Source: Octopus vulgaris
Lineage: Eukaryota
Direction of reading: 5' to 3'
NCBI GenBank assembly: GCA_951406725.2
Contig: OX597814.1
Location: 102,486,001-102,550,000 of the forward strand
DNA length: 64,000 bases
Made by a program: the position numbers and the translations under genes. The notes under the pieces are model-generated. The model was given only the letters and a program-made list of their open reading frames with translations. It had not been told where the DNA came from and searched no databases. This document shows, one piece after another, positions 1 to 11,872 of this stretch; the stretch's first letter is position 1, and every line of letters begins with the position of its first letter.

Positions 1-600
1 CTAAGGTTGACAGCTAAAGCCTTCCTCATATGACTAAACCAAGATTAAGAAAGGAAGGAGGCTATTCTGAGACTGAAGACGTGGCATGAATGCTTGCAAC
101 AGGGTGCACTATTAAAGGCACAGAAAAAGAACCAAAAAAACAAGTGTTGTTAAATTGGGTGATGGATTAAGTCTACTACCCAGGTATGATCCATCCTCAT
201 GGGTTTCTACACACTTTGCATCTATCAAATTTCATCTACATGTGTTGGTTGACTTATAGTACTGTACAATAGAACTGAATTTAAAACCACACAGCTGTGG
301 AGCAAACTTCTTCTTATCCACACAGCCATGCTTCTACTCATAGTCCAGTAGATCACTATCAGCTTGGTGTGTTGTCCAATAATCAGTGACTTAGTGTTCA
401 GTATGATATCAATTAGCTCCAGTGAAAGGAGCCTTTACATAGTAAGTCGACATGCTAGAAACAGTACCCAAATCTCCTTCAAATCATACTTTACAAATCA
501 TGCTCTACAATTAGGCCATTTTATCAGCTTGGTGGATTTTCTAGTAGTCTTGATATGCTAGAAATAGGTCCCAAATTTCCTTCAAATCATACTCTACAAT

Positions 601-773
601 CAGGCTATCAAAGCAGGTTCATAGACCCTGGGCAAATCAATGTACTGGCCCCTATAGTATTTTTTATAGACAACAAGCCACAAGATGCATAGATTAGAAT
701 TTGGCCCCTTACCTCTAGAGCAGTGAGGCCCCTGGACAATAGCCCAGTATGCTCATGCTTGAAGGGAGCCCTG
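601..773. mobile_element. hAT-like MITE inserted in a dispersed repeat
   Basis: Ends CAGG...CCCTG, flanked by a near-identical 8-bp duplication (tctacaat / cttacaat); the interrupted repeat resumes on the right. Confidence 0.5.
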
Positions 774-929
774 CTTACAATCTTAAATAAAGAATGGACA
801 CACAGGAAAATATAGTTCCATATATCCCTAAAGAATGGAAAGCGACAAAGTTTTTTTTATCTTAAATCTGATCCATCAAGGATGACCTGGAATTAAACAA
901 CAACAAAAACTACAACTTGGTTATTCAAC

Positions 930-1021
930 CTCAATAACGTGGCACTGTTTGGCATCACTTTCATCTGTTCTTCCACCCTTTTTTTCTTTTTTTCTTTTTT
1001 CTTTGTCTGTCTTTGAAGTTC
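930..1021 (-). pseudogene. Exon relic ELQRQTKKKEKKKKRVEEQMKVMPNSATLL of the minus-strand decayed gene
   Basis: Acceptor ttttgctgtctgttAG at 1023-1022, open frame, weak donor AG|GTTGAA. Resembles by eye the segment just before the DSTYK kinase domain. Confidence 0.4.
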
Positions 1022-1289
1022 CTAACAGACAGCAAAATATAAATTTGATACGTTTCACACTGAGAAGACTCTTCGATAAATAATCAATAGAACACTTTTA
1101 TTCTAACAATTTTATGTTTTTATAATAGTGTATGCTGTTGATTTAATCAGTGACATGACTCATTTATGGTGCTCTGCATGAGTGAAATTTATTAGTAACT
1201 AACCAGTAGAGACATTTCAGGGATGGAATCATAACAGAATGAACTCAAATACCCATCACCCACCCTCCTCCGCTTCCTCCTCCTCCTCC

Positions 1290-1290
1290 A

Positions 1291-1349
<59 letters not shown>

Positions 1350-1363
1350 CACCACCACCACCA
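1290..1363. repeat. Compound microsatellite (CTA)n-(CCA)n
   Basis: Direct reading; explains the poly-S/poly-G ORF at 1192-1404. Confidence 0.97.
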
Positions 1364-1404
1364 CTTACACCAATATTGATGCTTGCTGCTACCACCCTGC
1401 CCAC

Positions 1405-1838
1405 ACCCTGTTCACAGACATTTCTGTCAATCTTTGTGATATTTTGTGAACCAGTTCATTCAAATTGGACTAAACAGTATCTGATTGAATAAGCAAGCCA
1501 ATATTCATCCATCTAACTTGACGTCTTCCTGTATCTTTTCATTGACATGGCTGCTATCAGGGCTTTAATTCCAGCTGAGACTTTATTTTTTATTTATTTA
1601 AAATACTCATTGGTTGTTAAACTATAGTGCTGCTACACTCTGAACAAATGCTATTCTTTTTATTATAATCCCATTAACATCTAGGATGCAATATAGAAAT
1701 ATGAACTGGCTGGTACTCATATTGTAAATCACAGAAGTTTCTGCAACATTAAATAGATTAGAAACTGTCTTCTCCAAGAGAACATACTTGTCTATTGCAG
1801 ATGTAATGTTCCCAGAGTTTTTCTGGTATCTATTTCTA
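1405..1838 (-). pseudogene. Frameshifted exon relics (NRYQKNSGNITSAIDKYVLLEKTVSNLF...; DEYWLAYSIRYCL / SNLNELVHKISQRLTEM)
   Basis: Unique, purine-rich minus strand; acceptor ttaactattAG near 1838; protein-like frames broken by stops and frameshifts. Confidence 0.35.
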
Positions 1839-2375
1839 ATAGTTAAGTAATAAATTATCCAGTCCACATTCACTATAATATGTTTACAGTGGATTTGAAC
1901 TCACAATCTTTGAGACTGCTGTCACTGTCATTATCATATTTTATGTCTGATGGCATCACATATCTTGAATAGGTTATTATAATCCGAATCACTTATTAGA
2001 AGCCACTGCTCTCATAGAATGGTGTTCAAATGTGACATTTTGACTTGGTTTCTATGCTGGGTACCATTTCTAACACCACCCATTTTATAGAGTGTACTGG
2101 GTTTATATCTTGTGGTACGAGTACCTGAAATGTTGATAAATTTTGGTGTGACAAGGCTAAAGGGATTTCACAACCCTACATTTTCTCCAAGTGCTTGCCA
2201 TCCATTTTACAATGTATACTTAATGTATATTTTTATGGCATCAGCACTAGAGAGGTTGTTACATCCTCTGTGGAATGTGACAATTGGGCATGACTGTTTT
2301 AATGTTGGTGATTTGACATGGCTGAGTTGACATTGGGTCTGTTTTGATAACAGCACTTTTTGGCACTAGCGGCAA

Positions 2376-2380
2376 ACACA

Positions 2381-2445
<65 letters not shown>
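2376..2445. repeat. (CA)n microsatellite within a SINE
   Basis: Direct reading. Confidence 0.97.
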
Positions 2446-2448
<3 letters not shown>

Positions 2449-4545
2449 CAACTGGCTTCTTTCAATTTCTATCTACCAAATCCTTTTGTCAACTGAGAGC
2501 TATAACAGAAGACACTTGTCAAAGGTGCCATGTGGTAGGATTGAACTCAGAACCACATGGTTGGAAAGCAAGTTCTCAACCATGTTCCCACACAGCCACA
2601 ATATTATTTCTAGAAGTTGTCATCCTGCAATGCAAACCTTCTTCAGATATTTTCCCTATTTTATATTTATTCTTCCAGTCATACATAGATGAAATGATTC
2701 TCACAAGAGCAATGCATTATACTGGTGGATGCTATGGTCTAACACAAAATCAGCTCTGATGAGGTAGACCTATAATCAAAAGGCATTCAAGCCATGATTA
2801 GTTACAGCTCTTTATGTTCAGGGTTCAAATCCTGACAGGCCAACTATGTGCCTTTCACCCCTCCAGGGCCAATAAAACAAAACACCATTCATTCACATAC
2901 TGTAGATGATTTAATCAACTAACCCCTCACTCTCTCCAAATTTCTGACCTTGTGCCTATATTTAGAAATAAATTCAGAACAAATACATGTGAAGAAGTAA
3001 CTTTGTTGTTGTTGACCCGGCTAAAACTGGATTTTACCTTCGAACAAATAAGATTTTCTCACATTTAATATTTGTGTGTCCATGAGTGTGTTGCATGTGT
3101 GTGTGTGCCTATTAGTGTGTGTACATGTCTGAGTGAGTGTGAGACTGTCTGTATGTTTTGCCTGTGACTGAGTATGAGTTTGTGTGTTTGCATGTGACTG
3201 TGTGTGAGTTTGTGTTCTACTAATTACTACTTTGGTTGGAAATGAAAACAATGACTTTGTAAAAAGGAAGTGCTTTTTTTTTTTCATTTTTGATCATTAA
3301 GTTATTGTTTTATTTTTGTTATTTCTGTGTCTATTTATTTAGCTTGCATATCATCATCCCTCATTACCACTAACTCTAGTATATAACTTCCACCTATACA
3401 CTTCTGTGTGTGTGTGAGACTTAGTATTGACAATGTTTGGGTGCCAGTAATGTTATAAACAATATGGTGGTGCTGGGTGGGGATCATTTATTTTCAACAT
3501 GTGAAAACCAGTGGACCAAAGATACGTAACTTGAAGCACAAATATGGGTTGGCAACTGGAAGGTCATTCAGTTGTGGATACTACCTTGGTTAAGTCTTAT
3601 CTAACTCATGCCAGTTTGGAAAAAGCAGACATAAAAGCTATGAAATACAGTCGTTCATTAATTATATGTCTGTTTTTCCTTACTTGTATGGGTTAGGTGA
3701 TTATTTTATTGAGGCTTTGTTTTACAGTTGGATGCTCTTTCTGTTGCTAACCTTCACCTGTTTTTCATATGAGGGATCTCTTATTTCACACAACTTTGAA
3801 TGTAGAATGAAGCAGTTGGACAATCTGTTAACAAGAAAAACTAACAACAACAGCACAGCTTGTAGCTTATGACTTTTGGTGTGTGCAAATGTAAACAAAT
3901 GCATGTGTGCATAAACACACATGTACATACACACATTGGCTTTTATTAATAGTTCAGGTGTTGGGCTCATAGTCATAAAGTTGTAGGTTTTGTTCCTAGA
4001 CTGGGCAGGCCTGGATATTGCGTCCTTGAGCTAGGCATTGTCCTTGTCCATTTAACTGAAAAAAGTAGATAGCAGCCTAATGCTGGTACAGATCTGTCTC
4101 CCTCCAACCTTCACTGAGACATGTTTTGGAAGGGTCAGGAGGGTGTCTGTCTGCTTGTGACTATGTAGATACCTAAAACAATTAGGAAAAGCATCATATA
4201 TGGTACCATGTCATATGTCCTTGAGAGTGATAGCTATGGTTGATGTGTGTGCCACTTTGGAAGTATGTTAAAGTTTTTATTATTTGGGGAGAAAGAGCAC
4301 AACTATAGGTGCTGAGCCAGTGTAGTATTTTTGGTGGGTTAATCCAATGAATTGACAGCAAGGTATGTAAGAAGTTTTTTTCTGAAACTAAATTTCTGTG
4401 TACAGTCCTGTTGTGCATGCATTCACACCATCACTTTCACACAAAGGTTGGTTGCTGATAAACATAATTGTGACTGGATAAAAATTTGGTAAATATTTAC
4501 AATAACACCATACTTGCCAAATACTAACCCTAACTGTAATAAAAC

Positions 4546-4855
4546 GATAAACGTCACCCTTTTCAAGCCTAGCCAGGCTCATGGGCCCGGTTTCCCGGTT
4601 TCTGTGGCCTATGTGTTCCCCCAAGCTGGACGGGACGCCAGTCCATTGCAGCATTACTCAAGAAACAGGAAGAGAGAGTGAGAGAAAGTTGTGGCGAAAG
4701 AATACAACAGGGGTTGCCACCACCCACTGCCAGAGCCTCATGGAGCTTTTAGGTGTTTTCGCTCAATAAGCACACACAACACCTGGTCTGGGAATCAAAA
4801 CCACAATCCTCCGACCACATGTCCACTGCCCTAACCACTGGGCCATTGCGCCTCC
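4546..4855 (-). mobile_element. tRNA-derived SINE (family starting GGAGGCGCAATGGCCCAGTGG)
   Basis: Pol III A box TGGCCCAGTGG and a degenerate B box on the minus strand; related copies at 20795-21032, 27666-27952 and 55590-55890. Confidence 0.85.
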
Positions 4856-4892
4856 TCTAACTGTAATCATAAACCATAAATATGTTTACAGT

Positions 4893-5935
4893 AGGCCGGC
4901 GCTAAGCCCCTGCAACCCCTGCGATTGCAGGAGGCCTCTACAAAGAACTGGAATTAATATAATGTAAAACTTAAAATTCGATGTTACACACAACATATGT
5001 AATTTTTAGAAGGGAAAGAAGCAATGAAGTTTATAAATAATGAAAGGTCCTCCTACAGACGCATACCTGGTGAAAACTCTCATTACATTGCTATGTCATT
5101 TATTCATTCAGTCCTTTAGGCAATATACACTGTAGGATATCTTACGATTTATACGATAAACTTTATAAATTTTAAAGTTCAATATTCCTATGTAGAGATA
5201 TTGAGTTATTCAAATAATTGTTCATTAAATGGACCTAATAAGATTACGTACAGTACACTCGATATTTCATATTTAAATCCAATGTGATTATTTCTTCTTG
5301 GGGAAAGACTTCTGACCATCCCCCCACCCCATTTTCTCCCAAACTTGTTTATTTCAAAAAAATTTTTTTCTTGCCAAAAATCCCCATCTTCGGATACGGT
5401 TCCAGAAAATTGCCAAACATCGGCATTGTGAAATTCCCCCCCATCTCCCCAACTTCAATTTTGACTTTTCTCCCCAAGACTAACCCTAGCACCCTTACCC
5501 TAAAACCATAACCATAAGTACAGAAATGTTTCGAAATTTTTGTCCGAATCATAATGTCTGTATTTTTCCGCATATTTAGAAAAAAAAAATTCTTCAAAAC
5601 AAATTTTACAAAGAATTTTGGAAATTTTTTTCAGAATCATAATCTCCGTATTTTTCTGCATATTTTGGGGAAAAAATTCTGAAGAAATTTAAAATGAAGG
5701 AAATGGGGGTGGGGGGTAATTTATGTCGATTTTTGCCACTTGTTTTGCAGATTCATATTCCCCATAGCCGAAAAGAGGGGATTGTGTCGAAAAAAAATTT
5801 TTTTAAAGGGTGGTTTTTGTGGCGGGACAGGATAGGGATTAGAAAATGTTATATCTTGATAAACTTCCAATATATATTTTGGATATTTTTGAAACAACTC
5901 GCCTTATTAACACTTGACATTTCACATTTAAATCC
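4893..5935. mobile_element. Relatively young (CpG-retaining) DNA element with internal imperfect inverted repeats
   Basis: 5350-5425 is an imperfect reverse complement of 5735-5810; degenerate TAACCC-like tract at 5481-5517; CpGs retained in CpG-poor surroundings. Confidence 0.45.
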
Positions 5936-5937
5936 GA

Positions 5938-6140
5938 TGTCATCATCATCATCGTTTAATGTCCGCTTTCCATGCTAGCATGGGTTAGACGATTTGACTG
6001 AGGTCTGGCTGCACCTGACTCCAGTCTGATCTGGCAGAGTTTCTACAGCTGGATGCCCTTCCTAACGTCAACCACTCCGAGAGTGTAGTGGGTGCTTTTA
6101 TATGCCACCGACACGAGGGTCAGTCAGGCGGTACTGGCAA
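5938..6140 (-). mobile_element. RTE-LINE 3' end / RTE-tailed SINE
   Basis: Minus strand ends ...ccatgctagcatggaaagcggacattaaac(gat)n; related copies at 7860-8085, 8885-8980, 19725-19900, 54690-55080 and 62985-63390. Confidence 0.75.
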
Positions 6141-7060
6141 TTTGAGTATTTATTCTTGGATATGGATGAAAAATATTATATGCGGATAACTTACATGACC
6201 TACTTTACCTATTTTTAATATTCTTTGAGCTACTTGACTTTATTAACACTATATTTACAATGGATTTGGACTCAAGATCTTTAAGATAATACACCAATAA
6301 TTTGATGGTAAAAAATTGGTAGTGGGATCGCAGAGTAAAATGTGAACAGCATTTTATATTTTTTTTTATATGTATTTGTTTTATACCTTCCTCAATTTAC
6401 AAACCATAATCACCTTGAAAGACAAAAACACACTAATTCACATACTCTTTCCCTCTGTCAGTTTGTCTGTCTGCCTGCATGTTATTTTCTTTCTTTCTTT
6501 CTTACCCACATGCACACACCCACTCACCTTCACATACAAACACATACACTCACATCATAAACAAGGAGGGGATTTATGAAGGCTTGGCTTGAAGTTTTAA
6601 GTTTCATATCATTGCTTTATTTATTTAATTTTTATGGATTATATAGTTGTCCTCTTTTCTCACTAACCTGCAATGAAATCATATTTCTTTTATTCATTGC
6701 TGAAATACTTGTTTTTATATTGCTTTTCTCATTAGGAAAGAAATTTGATTTATGTAGTTTTGTCAATACCATACATGCGCGCACACACTTGCACATTCTT
6801 TTATTCTGTCTCTAATTTCAGTCAGTGAACGGTGGCCATGCTGGAGCACCACCTTTTTAAGTGTTTAGTCAGTCATTTAGGTCCCAGTATTTACTTTAGT
6901 CTTTTTTTTAACTATGGAAGATAACGGGACACAATATGTATACAACATCTGTCTTGGTTGATGTATACATAAACAGACACTTCTGTATTTTTCTTTTATT
7001 CTTTAATTGTTTCGATCGTTGGATCACAGGTTTGTTGCATTATTGCATCATTATATATAT

Positions 7061-7102
<42 letters not shown>

Positions 7103-7111
7103 CTATATATA

Positions 7112-7300
7112 GGGGGAGGGTTTACGAAAAAAACAAAAGACAAAGACAGGTGGTGTAGAAAACAAACAGATATATTAGTATAACGCTCAGGAATAGAAAA
7201 AGTCTTTTACGTTTCGAGCCTATGCTCTTCTACAGAAAGGGACACAGAAAAAAACAAGGAGAGAAAAAAAATGTGTGTAGTGGCTAACGCTCTATCATGG
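7112..7300 (-). mobile_element. Penelope-like element terminal fragment beside (TA)n, with a hammerhead-like motif
   Basis: Minus strand 7243-7202 reads gtcccttt CTGTAGAA gagc atag gctc GAAA cg TA aaagac: perfect stem II and ACGT palindromic stem III. Confidence 0.55.
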
Positions 7301-8770
7301 CGACTATATATATAGGTGTGGCATTGTGGTAAGAAGTTTGCTTCCCAACCACATGGTTTTGGGTTCAGTCTCACTGCATGACACCTTGTGCAAGTGTCTT
7401 CTACTACAGACACAAATTGACCAAAAGAAGCCCATCATATGTGTGTGTGTGTGTTTGTTCCCACCAGTGTTGGTTTGGTTATGTTCATGTAACTTAGCGG
7501 TTCAGCCAAAGAGACCAGTGGAATAAGTATTAGACTTCAAAAGTACTGGGCTCAATCTATTTGACTAAGCCCTTGAAGATAGTGTGCCCCAGCATGGCCA
7601 CAATCCAATAATTGAACCAAGCAAAAGATAAAAGGTATGATAAAACTCATATGTATACTCACACATATATACATAGGCTGGGCAACCATGTATTTTCTCT
7701 GTGGCAGCACACCTGTTTCTGTCTTCATCCATTATCTTTCTCTCTCTCTGGCCAGGTAACCTTGTACTTCCTCTTCAGCAAGACACCTATATATGTCTCA
7801 CTATAACCTTTTCATCATTACCTCCTCCAATGCTTCCTCCCCTTCTTAAAAGTTTTTGTCTTGCAAATACTTGGTGACCCTGTCAGTGCAGGTGCCACTT
7901 AAAAGCACCTAGCCCACACTGTAGAGTCCATTCTGCTGAGTGGTTGGTGTTAGGAAGGGTATCCAGCTGTAAAAATCCTGCCAAAACAATCACAGAAGTC
8001 CGGTGCAGGCTTCAGCTCTTGTGGTACCGTCCCACAACATGCCACTAGCATGGAACATGGACATTAAATGATGATGATGATGATGAAACATGTGCATAAG
8101 CATAACAACTCCTACTAGCACTGAAGACCGACATTAAACAACAATAATAATATATATATATATGCACCCACATTAATATCCAATAAAACCACTTCCTCTT
8201 TTTAATGTAAAACATCAACAGAAATTAACAAAATAACAATTGATAACTAGTTATTAATTAACAAGAGGTTTAGTTGGTATCCATAAATAAAGGTGTCCAT
8301 TATAACAAATGGTATTTTTCTATGGTAAATATGAATCTCACAATCTATGGGTGAGGGCATAATAGCTACATGGTTAAGAAATTTGCTTTGCATCTGCATG
8401 GTTCTAGGCTCAATCCTACAGCACAACACTTTGGGCGAGTGTCTTCTAAGATAGCCTCTATTTGACCTATACTTTGTGTGTGTGAAATTTGGTTGACATC
8501 AATGTTGTTCAGACCACTGAACTACATTGATGATATTAATAGAGGCACACAACATAAAGTTGAGGATCTACCAAAGCCGTTGAGGATACTGGGATTCTCA
8601 GTATGGTGTGGGGAAATGTATCTCAGTTCCAGCTAGGCTGTTGTTATTAAATAAAGTGCTGAACATTTATAGTATACAAATTAGTAGTGCCAGTTCTCTG
8701 TAGCTACTGAATTTCTTGAATATATAAACAGTTTGGTTACTTATTTCTCTGGAACTGGTCCATTGATGTA

Positions 8771-8820
8771 GACACCTCTGATGAGAACGCAATCATTTTT
8801 GAAAATTAATTAAGGTTGTT
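8771..8820 (+). ncRNA. Minimal type I hammerhead ribozyme relic (Penelope-type)
   Basis: gacacct CTGATGA gaa-cgcaatcatt-ttt GAAA attaat TA aggttgtt: canonical core, palindromic AATTAATT stem III, stem I gacacct/aggt(t)gtt; stem II degenerate. Confidence 0.6.
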
Positions 8821-10419
8821 CATAATGTTTTTCAGTCTACAAAGAAATTGTTAGATTTAGCCTGTTTATATGTCTACTATATAAGTTGCAGCCTCCTGGC
8901 TTCCCAGACCCCGGTCGAATCGTCCAACCCATGCTAGCATGGAAAACGGACGTTAAACAGTGGTGGTGATGATGATGATCTACAGCAAGATGTCTGTTCT
9001 TTCCCTCTATCATCCTTTGTCTCTCGACACTAAGCATAAAACCATCTCCCTCTCTACTACACATCCACTCTGTAGTGGAGGAATTTTTCTTGCAAATTAC
9101 TTGGTAATCTTCCTAGTCTTAATACCTTAAGAAAAACACACAGTAAACTCTGTACAGTAGTTGGTGTTAAGAAAGGCATCCTGCCATAGAAAACTTTAAC
9201 CAAAACAGACAGTGGAGTTCAATGCAGTCCTCAAATCTGTTAGATCCTATCAAACTGTCCTATCCATGCTGACATAGAAAGCAGACAATAAATGATAGTG
9301 ATTATATATGTGTGTATGAGAAACAAACTTTCTTCTCCCCACATCCATGAAGGAAATTTAACTTATTTGTACAGATCACCAAAACACCACTCAGTTTTAC
9401 AGTACTGCTACTGCTTCCAACAGGAGACATCCCACTCTTTGGTATATATTTACATAGGTGGATTTAGTATTTGATATAGTTAAGCATCTAATCCATGAAC
9501 ATGGTACAGTTTTAGTGAAAGGATAGATACAAACGGATATCTATATCCTACTTGTCTTTCCTCTCCTACCATTTCTGTTGTACTCAAATGCCAGTTCCTG
9601 CTCTAAGTACTTCATCCATCCCTTCTCTCCCAGAATGTTAACTCTTTAGAATTTCTTACATCTTGACTTACAAAAATACAACATTAAAGGCATCAATCTC
9701 ACTGGTCTAAAGAGCCTGCAGAGGCTATGGGATGTGTCCCTTCATCCAGACATTGTAAATTTTTAAAAAATAATAGAAATATGGGGGAATAGTTACTGAG
9801 TTTAGTATCATCTTTTTTTCTTTTACTTGTTTCAGTCATTAGACTGTGGCCATGCTGCAACACGGCCTTGAAGGATTTTTAGTTGAATGAATCAACCCCC
9901 ATGACTTATTTTATCAGTATCTTTTGCTGAACCACTAAGTGACAGGGATGTAAACATGCTGACACTGGTTGTCAAGTGGTGGTAGCGGACAAACACAGAC
10001 ACAACGATGCTCAAACACACATATATATATATATATATACAATGGGCTTCTTTTAGTTTCCACTTACCAAATCCACTCACCAGGCTTTGGTCAGCCAGAG
10101 GCTATAGTAGAAAACACTTACTGAAGATGCCACACAGTGGAACTGACCCCAGGCCCATGTGATTGCAAAGCAATCTTAACCACACAGCCATACCTACAAC
10201 TATCATATAGTTTTAAATGAATTTTTGATATACAATCTTTCAACCAGATTGTGTAAATTTGATTTAGCATAAATTACAGAAGAATTTAGCATATTACTGT
10301 TCTGAATGCTAACTATCTACTGAGTAGGAATGCTATTTTTTCTTGTATGGGGCAAGTAGAGAAAAAAGTACTTTATCTTAAGTATACCCCAGTATTGTTT
10401 AAGCTGATACTCTTAAACA

Positions 10420-10920
10420 CTTAACCAACATATATCTTAATGTACATTTGCCATTTTGTTGTACATGTTTTTGAAAGTGGCATGCTATCATTTTTATCAC
10501 TTACACTCCTAGTAAACATTATCTGGGCTTGCTTTACCAATTAAGTCATCTTCAATGTATACACAATTAGATCTATTTAATATAAAAAGCTGTGTCTATA
10601 AATTGGTATTGTCTCCTTATTTACTACAAACGATATCCTAGTCAGATATTTCAATTTTGCCTTTGACATATCATCTGTATTATAATTAATAAATAACAGT
10701 GTACTTCAGATTGGAACTTTTGTGTCCCCAGTGTAGCTATATAAATTATGCTGTTTTTTTATTGCAAATTATGGACATATCCTTGTAATGAGGATTTATG
10801 ACTCTTTTTTACTGTAGATGTTTAGTGTATCTTTGTTCAAATTAATTTTATTACAAACCACTTTCTATTTTATGATATATTAGTGAAAATTCTCTTAGTG
10901 GTGGGTTTGGAATTATTATG
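10420..10920 (-). pseudogene. Possible heavily decayed exon relic
   Basis: Unique, complex sequence with protein-like minus-strand fragments (IIPNPPLREFSLIYHKIESG; LNRSNCVYIEDDLIGKASPDNVY) and many stops. Confidence 0.2.
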
Positions 10921-10958
10921 ACAACTTACTGATTGTCCTAAACTATACACACACACAC

Positions 10959-11005
<47 letters not shown>

Positions 11006-11648
11006 AAACGAGGGGGAGAAATTTGATATTAATTTAATTAACATCAATTTCACACCAGTGGTCTAGCATATAAAAAAACTGAAGGTACAGTAAAATTGTA
11101 TTATATACATATGAGAGGCATAACCACTATGTGGACACCCTTATGCTAGAAGTTGATCTGCTATGGTCTTTCCACAAAATATTATGTTATCTATCTTGTT
11201 TTATTATTATCAATTATTGTTACTTGTGGGAGAATGCAAAAGTAAAATCTCTTAAAGCTTTCTACAAACTAATTTTTCTTTTATGGTACATACACCACAT
11301 TACGCGTGCAATATCAATATATAAACATGTGTGTGCGTGTAGGTTCATGTTCATATGTAAGTGTCCCAAATGTATAGCTACTGCATTTCATTGATTTGAG
11401 ATTCTTCTTTGAATTCTTTATGGTACATGATTTATACCAAATGTCTGGGACACTATATTCAGAAATGTAACTAGAAGCACAAAAATTGGTCATGCAAAGT
11501 TATGTTACCATAAATTATTATTTTTTGTTATTATTTCCTATTTTTCCTTTATACTATTTGAAAAAGAAATTTCAGTACACTAGATTGTACTCAATCATAA
11601 CTCATAGCAAACAAATTACATCATAATTCAGTTCCTGTTGAGATCATC

Positions 11649-11872
11649 TTAACCCTTTAGCCTTTAAACCAGCTATATCTAGCCCACATATTCTGTTTTA
11701 TGTTGAAACTGGTCAGATTTGACCTCTTACACTTAACCTACAATGTTATTTTAAAAATAAACAATCACATTATCAAAATCTTGAAGCTACAAGATAATGC
11801 TTGATTAATTCAAAACAATGTAAATAAATAAGCATTATATTTGGCAGAGTAACCTGAATGCTAAATGGTCAA
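11649..11872. mobile_element. piggyBac-like MITE (TTAA-CCCTTTAGC family)
   Basis: TTAA followed by CCCTTTAGC terminus; reverse-oriented homolog of the copies at 23706, 49902 and 62159. Confidence 0.75.

Noticed and set aside
1192-2692. ORFs with poly-S/G, CVCV and HTHT runs (similar ones throughout the window)
   Set aside because: Translations of microsatellites and SINEs, not genes.
4546-4855. tRNA-like A/B boxes here and at 27666, 48838 and 55590
   Set aside because: They are SINE heads with long non-tRNA bodies; no complete cloverleaf.
5481-5517. Telomere-like TAACCC tract
   Set aside because: Short, degenerate and internal to a repeat; not a telomere.
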